This document shows positions 1 through 13,013 of a DNA stretch of 64,000 nucleotides, piece after piece; the stretch's first letter is position 1; every line of letters begins with the position of its first letter. The position numbers and the translations under genes were made by a program. The notes under the pieces were generated by a model. The model made no database searches and was not told the DNA's origin. It saw only the letters and a program-made list of their open reading frames with translations. The stretch is from Thermovirgaceae bacterium (GTDB lineage: Bacteria > Synergistota > Synergistia > Synergistales > Thermovirgaceae). Where the stretch lies: positions 1 to 64,000 of the forward strand of contig JAXGNU010000008.1 of assembly GCA_040767805.1 (NCBI GenBank), given 5' to 3'.

Positions 1-1
1 T

Positions 2-718
2 CGGAACGTCATCAACAAGGGCATCACCGAAAAGGACATGGAGGATACCTTCCGGGAGGTCTTCTCCAGGGGCTGGGAGAGGGTGAAACTCTACTTCTTG
101 ATGGGCCTGCCCACGGAGACGATGGAGGACATCGAGGCCATCATGGAGGTCTCACTCCTCGCCCGGGAGACGGGGAGAAAATTGGGGAAGAGGCCCAGGA
201 TAGGAGTCTCCGTGGCCGGGTTCGTGCCGAAGCCCCACACCCCCTTCCAGTGGGAAGCCCAGGCCGCGGTGGTGGAACTGGCGATGAAGGGGGGCACCCT
301 CAAGAGAATGGCAAAAAAGGCGGGCATCACGCTGAACTACCACGAACCGGCCCAGACCTTCCTCGAGGGCGTCCTGGCCAGGGGTGACCGCCAGGTCGCC
401 GACGCGATAGAGAAAGCCTGGAAGGACGGCGCCCGCTTCGACGGCTGGACCGAGTGCTTCGACATGGGAAGGTGGCTGAAGGCCTTTGACGCCTCGGGGA
501 TAGACCCGGCGGATTACACCGGCAGGACGAGGGGGCGCGACGAGGCCTTTCCCTGGGAGGTCATCGACGCGGGCGTCAGCCGCTCCTTCCTCTGGGGGGA
601 GAGGTTGAAAGCCCTGGCGGAGGAATTGACGGCCGACTGCAGGGACGGCGCCTGCAACCTTTGCGGGTGGCAGGGAAGGGGTTGCCCCGTCCTGGAGCCT
701 ACCGATGGCCAGGGTTAG
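2..718 (+). CDS. B12-binding radical SAM protein, TIGR03960-like (C-terminal part; 5' end outside window)
   Basis: Frame open from base 2. Motifs KLYFLMGLPTET, FVPKPHTPFQW, GARFDGW and C-terminal CRxGxCxxCG. Followed by the usual linked partner gene. Confidence 0.85.
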   Translation, partial: RNVINKGITEKDMEDTFREVFSRGWERVKLYFLMGLPTETMEDIEAIMEVSLLARETGRKLGKRPRIGVSVAGFVPKPHTPFQWEAQAAVVELAMKGGTLKRMAKKAGITLNYHEPAQTFLEGVLARGDRQVADAIEKAWKDGARFDGWTECFDMGRWLKAFDASGIDPADYTGRTRGRDEAFPWEVIDAGVSRSFLWGERLKALAEELTADCRDGACNLCGWQGRGCPVLEPTDGQG

Positions 719-1325
719 GATGATCTTCTCCAAGAGGGGGCGGGCCTGTTTCGTGCCCCACGTGGAGATGCCGGCGCTCTTCTGCCGCGCCCTTAGGAGG
801 GCCGGCGCGAGGGTGCAGTTGACCGAGGGAATGAGCCCGCGCCCGAAGATAAGCCTGGGGCCCGCCCTCCCCGTGGGTGTCCCGGCCCTTGGGGAACCCC
901 TGGAAGTGTGGATCGAGAACTGGGAAGGACGCCTCGGCGAAGCCGTCAACGGGTGCCTTCCCGGGGGCGTCACCGTGCGCCGGTACGGCGTCGTCGAGGG
1001 CAGGCCCCGGCTCAACGAGGAGTGCGCCGCCGCCCTCTACGGTGTTTTTTTCAGGGACCCCCGGGCCTTTGAAAGGGCCAGGGCCATGGTATCCGGCGGG
1101 TGGGTCCCCGTCGAAGGGACCCTCGGCATTTCGGCCTCGGAGGGTTGGGTGGATGTGGCGGTGGCATCGCCGGGACAGGTCGGCGGCGGTACGATCGTAA
1201 AGAGCCTCGTGGGTGAAGGGTTGGTCCGCTCCTGGGCTGAACTCCTGGTCACGAGGCTGGCCGTGGGCGGCTGGTCGGGGGGGGAGGTAACCCCCCTGGC
1301 CTGTGAAGGGGGTGTACGGGGGTGA
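705..1325 (+). CDS. Radical SAM-linked protein, TIGR03936/DUF2344-like
   Basis: N-terminal RVRMIFSKRG..FVPH..RALRRAG..TEGMSPRPKISLGPALPVG; overlaps the radical SAM gene. Confidence 0.85.
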   Translation: MARVRMIFSKRGRACFVPHVEMPALFCRALRRAGARVQLTEGMSPRPKISLGPALPVGVPALGEPLEVWIENWEGRLGEAVNGCLPGGVTVRRYGVVEGRPRLNEECAAALYGVFFRDPRAFERARAMVSGGWVPVEGTLGISASEGWVDVAVASPGQVGGGTIVKSLVGEGLVRSWAELLVTRLAVGGWSGGEVTPLACEGGVRG

Positions 1326-2818
1326 TCTCCGACAGGAAGATCTTCGCCAACGTGATCGACCCCGAGGAGACCAGGGTCGCCGTCGTCGAGGGCGGCCGCC
1401 TCAACGAGGTATTCGTGGAACGGATGTGGGACCGCCAGCGTAGCGGTGATATCTACAAGGCCAGGGTCGACAGCGTCCTCCCGGGGATGAACGCGGCTTT
1501 CCTCAACCTCGGGGAGGGCCGCAACGCCTTTTTGTACCTCGAGGACGCCCGGGGGAGCGTGGTCAAGCAGAACACAGACCTCCTGGTCCAGGTGACCAAG
1601 ACCGCCAGGAAGGGCAAGGGGGCCAGGGTCACCACGAGGTTATCCCTACCCGGGAGGTTCCTCGTTCTGGTGCCGGGAGGCGGCGAGACGGGCGTCTCGA
1701 GGCGCATACCCGAGGAGCACAGGGAGCCTTTGAGGTCCCTGGCGCGGGAGATCAGGCCCGACGGCTTCGGGGTCATCGTCAGGACCGCCGCCGAGGGCGT
1801 GGACAGGGAGGCCCTCGAAACGGACCTGGAAAACCTGGTCCAGCAATGGAAGGGCATCGTCAGCACCGCCCGGGATCAGGACGCTCCATGCCTCATCTAC
1901 CAGGATCTCGGCCTCGTGGGGCGGATCCTCCGGGACGAACCCTTCGGCGCGGTGGACGAAATCGTCGTCGACAGCGAGGAGGAGTACGCTCATATCCTCT
2001 CCTTCCTCGAGCGGTTCCCCCCCGGCTGGACGCCGCCCGAAGTGAGCCTCCACAGGGGCAACGTACCCCTCTTCGAATTCTGGGGCATCGAGAAGGAACT
2101 GGAGTCGGCCCTCGACAGGAAGGTATGGCTCGAATCGGGTGCCTACCTCGTGATAGACCAGACCGAGGCGCTGACGGTGATCGACGTGAACACCGGGAAG
2201 TACACCGGCGGGGGAGACCCCAGGAGCACGATCCTGAGGACGAACCTGGAGTCGGCCCGGGAGATCGCGCGGCAGTTGAGGCTGAGGGCGCTGGGAGGGA
2301 TCGTGGTCATCGACTTCATCGACATGGAGGACGAGGAGGACCAGGAGGAACTCCTGGCAACGCTGAGGAACCTGTTCAGGGGTGACCGGGCAAGGGCCAG
2401 GGTCTTCGGCGTCACCGGCCTCGGGCTGGTGGAACTGACCAGGAAGAGGGCCCGCGCGGACATAAGGTCCTCCTTCACGAGGGGGTGCCCCTTCTGCGGC
2501 GGGACCGGGGTGGTGACCCGCGAGGAGAGCGTCGCCCTGTCGGTGAAGCGTTTCATCAGGAAGGTGATCCTGTCGGGCCGCCCCGAGGCTCTCCTCATCG
2601 AACTGCACCCCGCGGCGGCCTCCTTCGTCGCCGAGAACTTCCTCCCCTCCTGGGAGGAGGAGTTCGGGACCCGGCTGTTCCTGAGACCCGTCCATGACAG
2701 CCCCTGGGACAAGTACAGGCTCGAGGCCCAGGGGACCCTGGAGCAGGTTGAGCACAGGATCTCTTTGCTGGAGAAGAGGGTGGAGAACGGCATTGTCCAT
2801 AGGACGGATCCATCTTAA
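1322..2818 (+). CDS. rng: Ribonuclease G/E family (Rne/Rng)
   Basis: S1 domain (GDIYKARV..LPGMNAAF), EALTVIDVNTG, GGIVVIDFIDM, CPFCGG. Confidence 0.93.
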   Translation: MISDRKIFANVIDPEETRVAVVEGGRLNEVFVERMWDRQRSGDIYKARVDSVLPGMNAAFLNLGEGRNAFLYLEDARGSVVKQNTDLLVQVTKTARKGKGARVTTRLSLPGRFLVLVPGGGETGVSRRIPEEHREPLRSLAREIRPDGFGVIVRTAAEGVDREALETDLENLVQQWKGIVSTARDQDAPCLIYQDLGLVGRILRDEPFGAVDEIVVDSEEEYAHILSFLERFPPGWTPPEVSLHRGNVPLFEFWGIEKELESALDRKVWLESGAYLVIDQTEALTVIDVNTGKYTGGGDPRSTILRTNLESAREIARQLRLRALGGIVVIDFIDMEDEEDQEELLATLRNLFRGDRARARVFGVTGLGLVELTRKRARADIRSSFTRGCPFCGGTGVVTREESVALSVKRFIRKVILSGRPEALLIELHPAAASFVAENFLPSWEEEFGTRLFLRPVHDSPWDKYRLEAQGTLEQVEHRISLLEKRVENGIVHRTDPS

Positions 2819-5800
2819 GGGTTTCAAGAGCTTCGGCGGAAGCCACGAGATAGCCCTCTGCGAAAACTTCACCGCCGTCGTGGGGCCCAACGGGTGCGGG
2901 AAGAGCAACATCCTGGACGCCCTCCGCTGGGTCCTCGGCGACGGCAACCCCAGCCGCCTGAGGATACTCAAGCAGGGCGACCTTCTCTTCCAGGGGAGCA
3001 TAAGCCTCCCCCCGGCCGCGTCGTCGGAGGTCATGATCCACCTCAAGGGGGAGGGAAAGGTGAGCACCCTGCGGCGCCGATTCACCAACGAGGAGGGCGG
3101 CACCCTGCTCTTCGAGGGCAGGAGGATCAGGCTTGCCGATCTCGACGAGATCAAGCGGCGGTGGCGCCTCGAAGGCGATCGATTCGCCTTCATCAGCCAG
3201 GGAGAGGTCTCCGAGGTCATCCAGCAAAAGCCCTTCCAGCGGAGGATGCACCTGGAGTCACTTTTCGGCATAGACCTGTACAGGAAGCAGAGAGAGGAGG
3301 CCGCCCTGAAACTGGATGCCGCCGTCCTCGAACTACAGAGGATCATCACCCTCCAGTCCGAACTGCGGACCAGGAAGGAGGTCATCGCCGACCCCGTCCT
3401 GAGGACCAGGGAGGCCAAGGCGGTGATCGACGACCTCGAGCGTGAGAAGAGCCGCCTCTACTGGGTCAAAAGAGCCAGGTCCGAGAGAGCCCTCGAGGGT
3501 ATCGGCATCGAGTTGTCGGACCTCGGCGCCCAGGCCCGGGCCGCCTCCTTTTGGGCCTCGGGGTGGGGCAGGGCGCTGGCCCGGCTGGAGGGGACCCTGG
3601 ATTCCGCCGCCAGGGACCGCGGCGCCATGGCCGCCCGCCTCGCCGGCCTTGAGAGCGACCTCGAGGGCGTCAAAAAAAGGCTCTACACCCTTTCCACGTC
3701 CCTGGCGGGGTCGCAGGAGAGGAGGAAGGGCCTGCGGGGCGACCTCGCCCGGGAGGGGGAGGGGTTGTCGGGCGTGAGGGCGCGGTTGGAGGACCTCCAG
3801 GAGGAGGCCCACCTGGCCGGGGAGGAGGAAAAAGAGGCCTCCCGCTCCTTCCACGAGGCCGAAAACCGGTGGGAGCAATACCGTGGACAGGTCAAGCAGA
3901 GGCTGGACGCGATAAGGGCCCTCCGGGAGGAGAGAGCCGACGGGGAAGCGGCCCTCGGGACGGCCCGTTCAAGGGCGAGGGCCCTGGGACTTTCATTCCT
4001 TGAGGCCCTGGGCGAGATAGCCGGCGCCGGGGAGAGGATGGCCGCCGCCGTCAGGGAACTCGCGGGGCTGAAAAAGGACCTGGAAAAAAAGAAGCGCGCC
4101 GAAGAGGAGGCCCGCGGCGTCCAGAGGGACGCTTACGCCGCTTTCCAGCGCTCGGCGGCGTCGCTCCAGAAGGTCTCCCGGGAGATCGCGGCCCTGGAGG
4201 GACAGGCGGAGGCCCTCCGGGAGACCGCCTTCACCCGGCTTTACCCCCCCGCGGTCCAGCACCTGGTGGCCGCTTCCAGGCTCGGCAGGGTCGACGCCTC
4301 CCCGAGGCCGCTCGCCGATGTCATCACCTGCCCCGAACGCCTCGTTACCGCCCTGGAGTCCTTCCTCGGCGCGAGGCAGTACCTCCTGCTCGTGAAGGAT
4401 ATCGACGAGGCAGGCCGCTGTATAGACCACCTGAAGGCCCGGTCCGCCGGCAGGGCCACCTTCCTGCCCCTGGAGAGCGCCAGGCCCAGGACGCCGGCGC
4501 GGGGCATCGCCGGGGATCGTGAGGGGGTGGTGGGTTGGGCCAGGGACCTCCTCGGGGTGGAGAGCGAATGGGAGCGCTGCGTCCTCCACGTCCTCGGGGA
4601 TCTCCTGATCGTGGAGGACTTTGATGTGGCCAGGGACCTGGCCAGGGAGGGCTACCGGGGACCGGCCGTCACCCTCGAGGGGGACGTGTTCCAGCCCGGC
4701 GGCACCATCAGCGGCGGCCGGGCCCCGAAGGGGCCGGGGGCCATGGAGATCAGGAGGGAGATCCAGGAGAAGGAGAAAGCCGCAGGGGACCTGAAGGCCG
4801 AAAGGGCCCTCCTGGAGGGGTCCATGGCGGCGCTCGAAAGGGAAGAGGAAAGCGCGTCGGGCCGGTTGAGGTTCTTGTCCGACGAGAGAAGGGCCCTCGA
4901 GGAAAAGCTCCGGTTGGCCGAAGCGGCCGAGGGTGAGGCCGGGAGAGCGCTCTCCCGGGCCGAACGCAGGAAGGAGGAGGTAGTGTCGGCCCTCTCCGAC
5001 TGCGGAAGGGATCACCTTGAGATCAAGAAAAGGCTCAGAGAACTCGGGGGGGGCGCTCCGGAAGCCCCTGACCCCTCCCGGGAGGTGGAACTGGTGAGGG
5101 CTCTCGAGGAGAGCAGGTCCAGGGCCGAGGTGGCGGCCGAAAGGTCGAGCAACGCCGGGAGGTTGCTTTCCATGACCCGGGAGGAACTGCGGAAAGCCTC
5201 CTCCCGGTGGGAGAGGTCTCGGCGGGAACTGGAGGACCTCGACCGAACGGCTTCATCGGTTTTGAAAGACCTTTCGGAAGGCGGCAGGGCTTATCACGCG
5301 TCCTGGTCGCTGTTACAGGAGGCCCTTGCCCTGTCGCAGGCCCTGGACGCGGCCCATGCCGGGGCCATGGCCGGCCTGGAACGCGCCCGGAGGAGATCGA
5401 CCTCGGCCGCGACCAGGATGGAGGGCCTGGACTTGAGGATACGCCAGGCGAGGCAACGACTGGAGTCGACCAAGGCCGAGGTGGCGGAATCGATCGATAT
5501 GTGGGAGGAGCGGTTCCCTTACCCGGGCGGGGATGGTATTGACACCAGGGAATACGACAAGATAAGGAGAAATGTCAGGGAGATGGAGAGGAGACTTCGG
5601 GAGATAGGGGACGTGGACCTGGGCGTCCTGTCGGAAGACCTGTCCCTGACGCAGAGGCTGGAGTTCCTGGAGGACCAGGTCCGCGACGTCTCGACGGGTA
5701 TCGATGAACTGAGAAGTCTCATCGACGAGACCGACCGCCAGGCCGGCGCGCTGTTCCTGGAGTCGCTCAAGGCGATCGACAGGAAGTTCTGCGGCCTTTT

Positions 5801-6206
5801 CCAGAGGCTTTTCGGCGGGGGCGAGGCCCACCTGAGGCTCTCCGACGGCGATAACCCCTGGGAAGCCGGCGTCGAGGTCATCGCCCGACCGCCGGGCAAG
5901 AGGCTACAGCACCTGGCGCAACTATCGGGGGGCGAGCAGTCCCTGTCGGCCATATCCCTGCTTTTCGCCGCCATGGAGGTCGCCGGTGCGCCCATAGCCG
6001 TCCTCGACGAGGTCGATGCCTCCCTCGACGAGGTCAACCTCAGGCGGTTCTCGGAATTGGCAAGGGAGTACTCCCGGTCGATGCAGCTTATCTGCATGAC
6101 CCACCGCAGGGCCACCATGGAGAGGGCTGACCTCCTGTACGGGATCACCATGCCCGAACCGGGGCTTTCGCAGGTGGTGGGCGTGAGGGTGGAGGACTGG
6201 GAGTGA
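2793..6206 (+). CDS. smc: Chromosome segregation ATPase SMC
   Basis: LKGFKSF, Walker A GPNGCGKSN, hinge GRATFLPL and GTISGG, signature LSGGEQ, Walker B LDEVDASLD. TTG start at 2793 chosen by similarity to SMC N-termini. Confidence 0.92.
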   Translation: MSIGRIHLKGFKSFGGSHEIALCENFTAVVGPNGCGKSNILDALRWVLGDGNPSRLRILKQGDLLFQGSISLPPAASSEVMIHLKGEGKVSTLRRRFTNEEGGTLLFEGRRIRLADLDEIKRRWRLEGDRFAFISQGEVSEVIQQKPFQRRMHLESLFGIDLYRKQREEAALKLDAAVLELQRIITLQSELRTRKEVIADPVLRTREAKAVIDDLEREKSRLYWVKRARSERALEGIGIELSDLGAQARAASFWASGWGRALARLEGTLDSAARDRGAMAARLAGLESDLEGVKKRLYTLSTSLAGSQERRKGLRGDLAREGEGLSGVRARLEDLQEEAHLAGEEEKEASRSFHEAENRWEQYRGQVKQRLDAIRALREERADGEAALGTARSRARALGLSFLEALGEIAGAGERMAAAVRELAGLKKDLEKKKRAEEEARGVQRDAYAAFQRSAASLQKVSREIAALEGQAEALRETAFTRLYPPAVQHLVAASRLGRVDASPRPLADVITCPERLVTALESFLGARQYLLLVKDIDEAGRCIDHLKARSAGRATFLPLESARPRTPARGIAGDREGVVGWARDLLGVESEWERCVLHVLGDLLIVEDFDVARDLAREGYRGPAVTLEGDVFQPGGTISGGRAPKGPGAMEIRREIQEKEKAAGDLKAERALLEGSMAALEREEESASGRLRFLSDERRALEEKLRLAEAAEGEAGRALSRAERRKEEVVSALSDCGRDHLEIKKRLRELGGGAPEAPDPSREVELVRALEESRSRAEVAAERSSNAGRLLSMTREELRKASSRWERSRRELEDLDRTASSVLKDLSEGGRAYHASWSLLQEALALSQALDAAHAGAMAGLERARRRSTSAATRMEGLDLRIRQARQRLESTKAEVAESIDMWEERFPYPGGDGIDTREYDKIRRNVREMERRLREIGDVDLGVLSEDLSLTQRLEFLEDQVRDVSTGIDELRSLIDETDRQAGALFLESLKAIDRKFCGLFQRLFGGGEAHLRLSDGDNPWEAGVEVIARPPGKRLQHLAQLSGGEQSLSAISLLFAAMEVAGAPIAVLDEVDASLDEVNLRRFSELAREYSRSMQLICMTHRRATMERADLLYGITMPEPGLSQVVGVRVEDWE

Positions 6207-6931
6207 TGAGGACGACCCGCGATGCCATACTTTACGGGGTACTGATGATAGAGCAGCCCGAGGAAGGCCCCAGGGTTAGCGTGGACAGTGTCTTGCTCGC
6301 CTCCTTCGTGAAGGCCCGGGGAAGGGAAAGAGTCATCGAACTGGGGTCCGCCCACGGGGCGGTGTCGCTCCTCCTGGCCAAAAGGTTCCCCCAAATCACC
6401 GTCGAGGGGCTCGAGATCCAGCCCGGGCTGGTGGCCCTGGCCGAGAAAAACGCCGCCGGGAACGGCCTGCAGGAGAGGGTCGCCTTCAAGGAAGGGGACT
6501 TGAGGAGGGTGAGGGAGATCTATCCCGCCCAATCCTTCGGCATCGTGGTGGTTAACCCCCCCTACGGCGAGGCCGGCCACAGCCGCCCCAGCCCCTTTGA
6601 GTCAGAGGCCGCCGCCAGGCACGGGACCCTTTGCACGCTGGAGGACGTGGTAAAGGCCTCGAGGTATCTCCTGGCCAACAAGGGCAGGCTCTTCATGGTC
6701 TTCAGGGCCGGGAGGGCCGCCGAACTCTTGAGCCTTCTCTCCCGGGAGAGGATCGAACCCAAGAGGGTCAGGCCGGTCTACCCCGCCCCCGGCCGGAAAG
6801 CGGCGGTGGTCCTCATCCAGGCCGCGAGGTCCGCCGGCAGGGGTTTGACCCTGGAGCCGCCCCTTTTCATCCAGGATGAAAAGGGTGAGTACACCGGCGA
6901 CCTCCTCGCCGCCTACAGGATAGGAGGGTGA
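6203..6931 (+). CDS. tRNA1(Val) adenine(37)-N6 methyltransferase-like (YfiC/YabB family)
   Basis: DSVLLA, SAM-binding ELGSAHG, NPPY motif, AARH; next to rsmI. Confidence 0.85.
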   Translation: MMRTTRDAILYGVLMIEQPEEGPRVSVDSVLLASFVKARGRERVIELGSAHGAVSLLLAKRFPQITVEGLEIQPGLVALAEKNAAGNGLQERVAFKEGDLRRVREIYPAQSFGIVVVNPPYGEAGHSRPSPFESEAAARHGTLCTLEDVVKASRYLLANKGRLFMVFRAGRAAELLSLLSRERIEPKRVRPVYPAPGRKAAVVLIQAARSAGRGLTLEPPLFIQDEKGEYTGDLLAAYRIGG

Positions 6932-6932
6932 G

Positions 6933-7769
6933 ATGCCCCTCCTGGTGGTGCCCACGCCGATCGGCAACATGGAGGATATAACCCTCAGGGCCCTGAGGGT
7001 CTTGAAAGAGGCCGACGTAATCGCCTGCGAGGACACCCGGAGGACCATGAAGATCCTCTCCCGCTACGGGATAAGGACCCCTCTCCTCTCCTACCATTCC
7101 TTCAACGAGAAGGAACGGGCCCGGGACCTCGCCGAAAGGCTTTCCAGGGGAGAGACCGTGGCCCTCGTCTCCGACGCCGGCACCCCGGGCATCTCCGACC
7201 CGGGCTACGAACTGATCCGGTACTCCCTCGAGGCCGGTTACGAGGTCGACGTCCTCCCCGGGCCGACGGCCGTCGTGCCGGCCCTCCTGCTGTCGGGTTT
7301 TCCACCCCGGCCCTTTCTATTCGAGGGTTTCCTCCCCAAGAGGAAAGGGGAGCGGAGGCGAAGGCTCGAAGAGTTACGTGACTTCGGCGGGACCATCGTC
7401 TTTTACCTCTCACCCCATGGCCCGGTCAAGGTGCTCGGGGATGTCCTCGAGGTCCTGGGGAACCGGCCCGCCGTGATCCTCAGAGAGATCTCCAAACTGC
7501 ACCAGGAGAGGATCCCCGGCGACATCGCCTCGTTGCTCGCTTCCCTGGGCGAGGGGGTCCTAAAGGGGGAACTGGTCCTGGTGACGGGTCCGGCCGCGGT
7601 GAGGCGGGGTACAGGCGGTGACGATTGTGAAGAGGCCCTCCTGGAGATGCTCGAAGGGGGCCTTCCTGAAAAGGAGGTTGTCAGGAGGCTCGTGGAAGAG
7701 TATGGTATTTCGAAAAACAAGGCTAAGCGTTTGCTGCTGGGGAAGAAGCGCGAAAAGGAGGCCCTTTGA
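6933..7769 (+). CDS. rsmI: 16S rRNA cytidine(1402)-2'-O-methyltransferase
   Basis: PTPIGNMEDITLRA, ACEDTR, VSDAGTPGISDPG, REISKLH. Confidence 0.95.
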   Translation: MPLLVVPTPIGNMEDITLRALRVLKEADVIACEDTRRTMKILSRYGIRTPLLSYHSFNEKERARDLAERLSRGETVALVSDAGTPGISDPGYELIRYSLEAGYEVDVLPGPTAVVPALLLSGFPPRPFLFEGFLPKRKGERRRRLEELRDFGGTIVFYLSPHGPVKVLGDVLEVLGNRPAVILREISKLHQERIPGDIASLLASLGEGVLKGELVLVTGPAAVRRGTGGDDCEEALLEMLEGGLPEKEVVRRLVEEYGISKNKAKRLLLGKKREKEAL

Positions 7770-9704
7770 ATGCCGGGAAAAAATTTTTACATCACCACGC
7801 CTATCTACTATGTGAATGATGTCCCCCACATAGGCCACGCCTATACGACCATCGCCGCCGACGTGATGGCGAGGTACAAGAGGATGAGCGGCTTCGACGT
7901 CATGTTCGCCACGGGCACCGATGAGCACGGCCAGAAGATCCAGCAGGCGGCCGACCTGAAGGGCATGACGGCCCAGGAACTCGTCGACTCCGTAGTGGTC
8001 AACTTCAGGAACCTCTGGGAAGTGCTGGGGATCACCAATACCGACTTTATCCGGACCACCGAGCCTAGGCACGTCCGCGTGGTCCAGTACATATTCCAGA
8101 GGCTAATGGACCAGGGGGATATCTACAAGGGCTCTTACGAGGGTTGGTACTGCGTCCCCTGCGAGACCTACTTCCCCGAGAGCCAGGTGGGCGATGGGAA
8201 GCTTTGCCCCGACTGCGGCAGGCCCCTGCAGAGCATGACCGAAGAAAGCTACTTCTTCCGAATGTCCAGGTATGAAAAGCCCCTCCTCGACCACTACGAG
8301 AAGAACAGGGACGCCATACTTCCCCACTCCCGGTACAACGAGGTCCTCAGTTTCATAAGGAGCGGCCTGAGGGACCAGTCCATCTCAAGGACCTCCGTCA
8401 CGTGGGGGATACCCCTCCCCGGCGACGAACGCCACGTGATATATGTCTGGTTCGACGCCCTGATAAATTACCTCACCGTCTGCGGCTACCCTGAGAGGGG
8501 GGACCTCGTGGGCAAGTTCTGGCCCACGGTCAACCACGTAATGGCCAAGGATATAATCCGATTCCACTGCGTCGTCTGGCCCGCCATGCTCCTTGCCCTG
8601 GGCCTCAACCCGCCGGCGACGGTCTTCTCCCACGGATGGTGGACCGTGGAAGGGGACAAGATGTCCAAATCCAGGGGAAACGTGGTGGACCCCTTCGAGA
8701 TGGCCGATCTCTACGGCGTGGACGCTTTCCGTTACTTCCTCATGAGGGAGATCCCCTTCGGCCTCGACGGCGACTTCTCCGAGAGGGCGCTCGTGGGCCG
8801 CGTCAACTCCGACCTGGCCAACGACCAGGGGAACCTGTTGAACAGGACCCTCCAGATGATCGAAAACTTCACCGGCGGGGTGGTGCCCTCCGGCCAAGGG
8901 ACTCCCGGTGAACTCGACGGGATGATCCGGGATATGACCCTGGCGACCCTAGGGTCCTACCGGGATAAGATGGACCTTTACGCCTTCGACGAGGCCCTGA
9001 AGGACGTCTGGACCCTGATCAAGAGGGCCAACAAGTACATCGACGAGACGATGCCCTGGAAGCTGGGCAAGGAAGGAAACCTCGAGAGGCTCGGCCCCGT
9101 CCTCTTCACCCTGTGCGAAGTCCTCCGGTTCACCGCGGCCATGACCTCGCCCTTCATGCCCGGGACGGCCCGTAAGATCTTCGACCAGACCGGCATTCCC
9201 GGCGACCCCGCCGAACTCCTGCTGGACGAACTGGAGTGGGGAGGGGCGGCGGTGGAGAGGCGGGTCAGCAAGAAGGAAGTCCTCTTCCCCAGGGTCGACC
9301 TCAAGGTGTGGGAGAAGCAGAAGGCCGAGAGGGACGCCCGGAAGACGGCCGCCCCCGACCCGGGGGACCACGAGCCGGAGGTTACCATCGAAGACTTCCG
9401 GAAGATCGAACTCCGCGTGGCCCAGGTCCTGAAGGTCGAACCCGTCCCGAAGTCGGACAAGCTTTACAGGATGGACCTCGACCTGGGTTACGAGAGAAGG
9501 ACCATCGTGTCGGGGATCAGGGAATTCCGATCGCCCGAGGAACTGGAAGGCAGGAAGATCATCGTGATCTGCAACCTGAAACCGGCCTCGCTCCGGGGGG
9601 TGGTCAGCAACGGTATGCTCTTGGCGGCCGAGACGGCCGACGGGAAGAGCCTGGCCCTCCTCACCGTCGACAGCGAGATAGCCCTTGGTTCGCGGGTCCA
9701 TTGA
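7770..9704 (+). CDS. metG: Methionine--tRNA ligase with C-terminal tRNA-binding domain
   Basis: FYITTPIYYVN, HIGH, KMSKS, YVWFDAL, C-terminal OB-fold. Confidence 0.97.
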   Translation: MPGKNFYITTPIYYVNDVPHIGHAYTTIAADVMARYKRMSGFDVMFATGTDEHGQKIQQAADLKGMTAQELVDSVVVNFRNLWEVLGITNTDFIRTTEPRHVRVVQYIFQRLMDQGDIYKGSYEGWYCVPCETYFPESQVGDGKLCPDCGRPLQSMTEESYFFRMSRYEKPLLDHYEKNRDAILPHSRYNEVLSFIRSGLRDQSISRTSVTWGIPLPGDERHVIYVWFDALINYLTVCGYPERGDLVGKFWPTVNHVMAKDIIRFHCVVWPAMLLALGLNPPATVFSHGWWTVEGDKMSKSRGNVVDPFEMADLYGVDAFRYFLMREIPFGLDGDFSERALVGRVNSDLANDQGNLLNRTLQMIENFTGGVVPSGQGTPGELDGMIRDMTLATLGSYRDKMDLYAFDEALKDVWTLIKRANKYIDETMPWKLGKEGNLERLGPVLFTLCEVLRFTAAMTSPFMPGTARKIFDQTGIPGDPAELLLDELEWGGAAVERRVSKKEVLFPRVDLKVWEKQKAERDARKTAAPDPGDHEPEVTIEDFRKIELRVAQVLKVEPVPKSDKLYRMDLDLGYERRTIVSGIREFRSPEELEGRKIIVICNLKPASLRGVVSNGMLLAAETADGKSLALLTVDSEIALGSRVH

Positions 9705-9730
9705 CGCCGCGCGGGGCACCCGCTCTCGAG

Positions 9731-9755
9731 GGGCCGGGTGTTCCCGGCCCTTTTT
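9731..9755 (+). terminator. Intrinsic terminator after metG
   Basis: GGGCCGGG-tgtt-CCCGGCCC followed by TTTTT. Confidence 0.7.
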
Positions 9756-9776
9756 CTATTACCAGGAGGTGCGCCC

Positions 9777-12690
<2,914 letters not shown>

Positions 12691-13013
12691 GAACGGTCCC
12701 GGCCCGATATCACCTCGACCGTTTTTTCGAGAAAAACAGATAAAAAGCGTGAATATTCGAGATATCACGATGATCGGGTCATCCTCTGGAGTTGAAGTAT
12801 CCCCCTGTTTATCATAGCGTTAATGATGTATGATATACGAGCCCCTTTCGGCGGCCGGGTGAAAGGGAGCAGGTTTATCTTTTCATCGGGGGCGTGCGCG
12901 GAGGACCCCCAGGGGCCGCAAGTTCGACGCTCAACGTTTTTATTTCGAGGGTTGTACAGCGGCGGGGCCGCTGAAATACAACTAGAAAAATAAAAAGGGA
13001 GGGAGTCGTAAAA

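Noticed and set aside
2793..6206. SMC as part of a Wadjet/MksBEF defence system
   Set aside because: Canonical SMC hinge and head in a housekeeping operon with no jetABD/mksEFG neighbours
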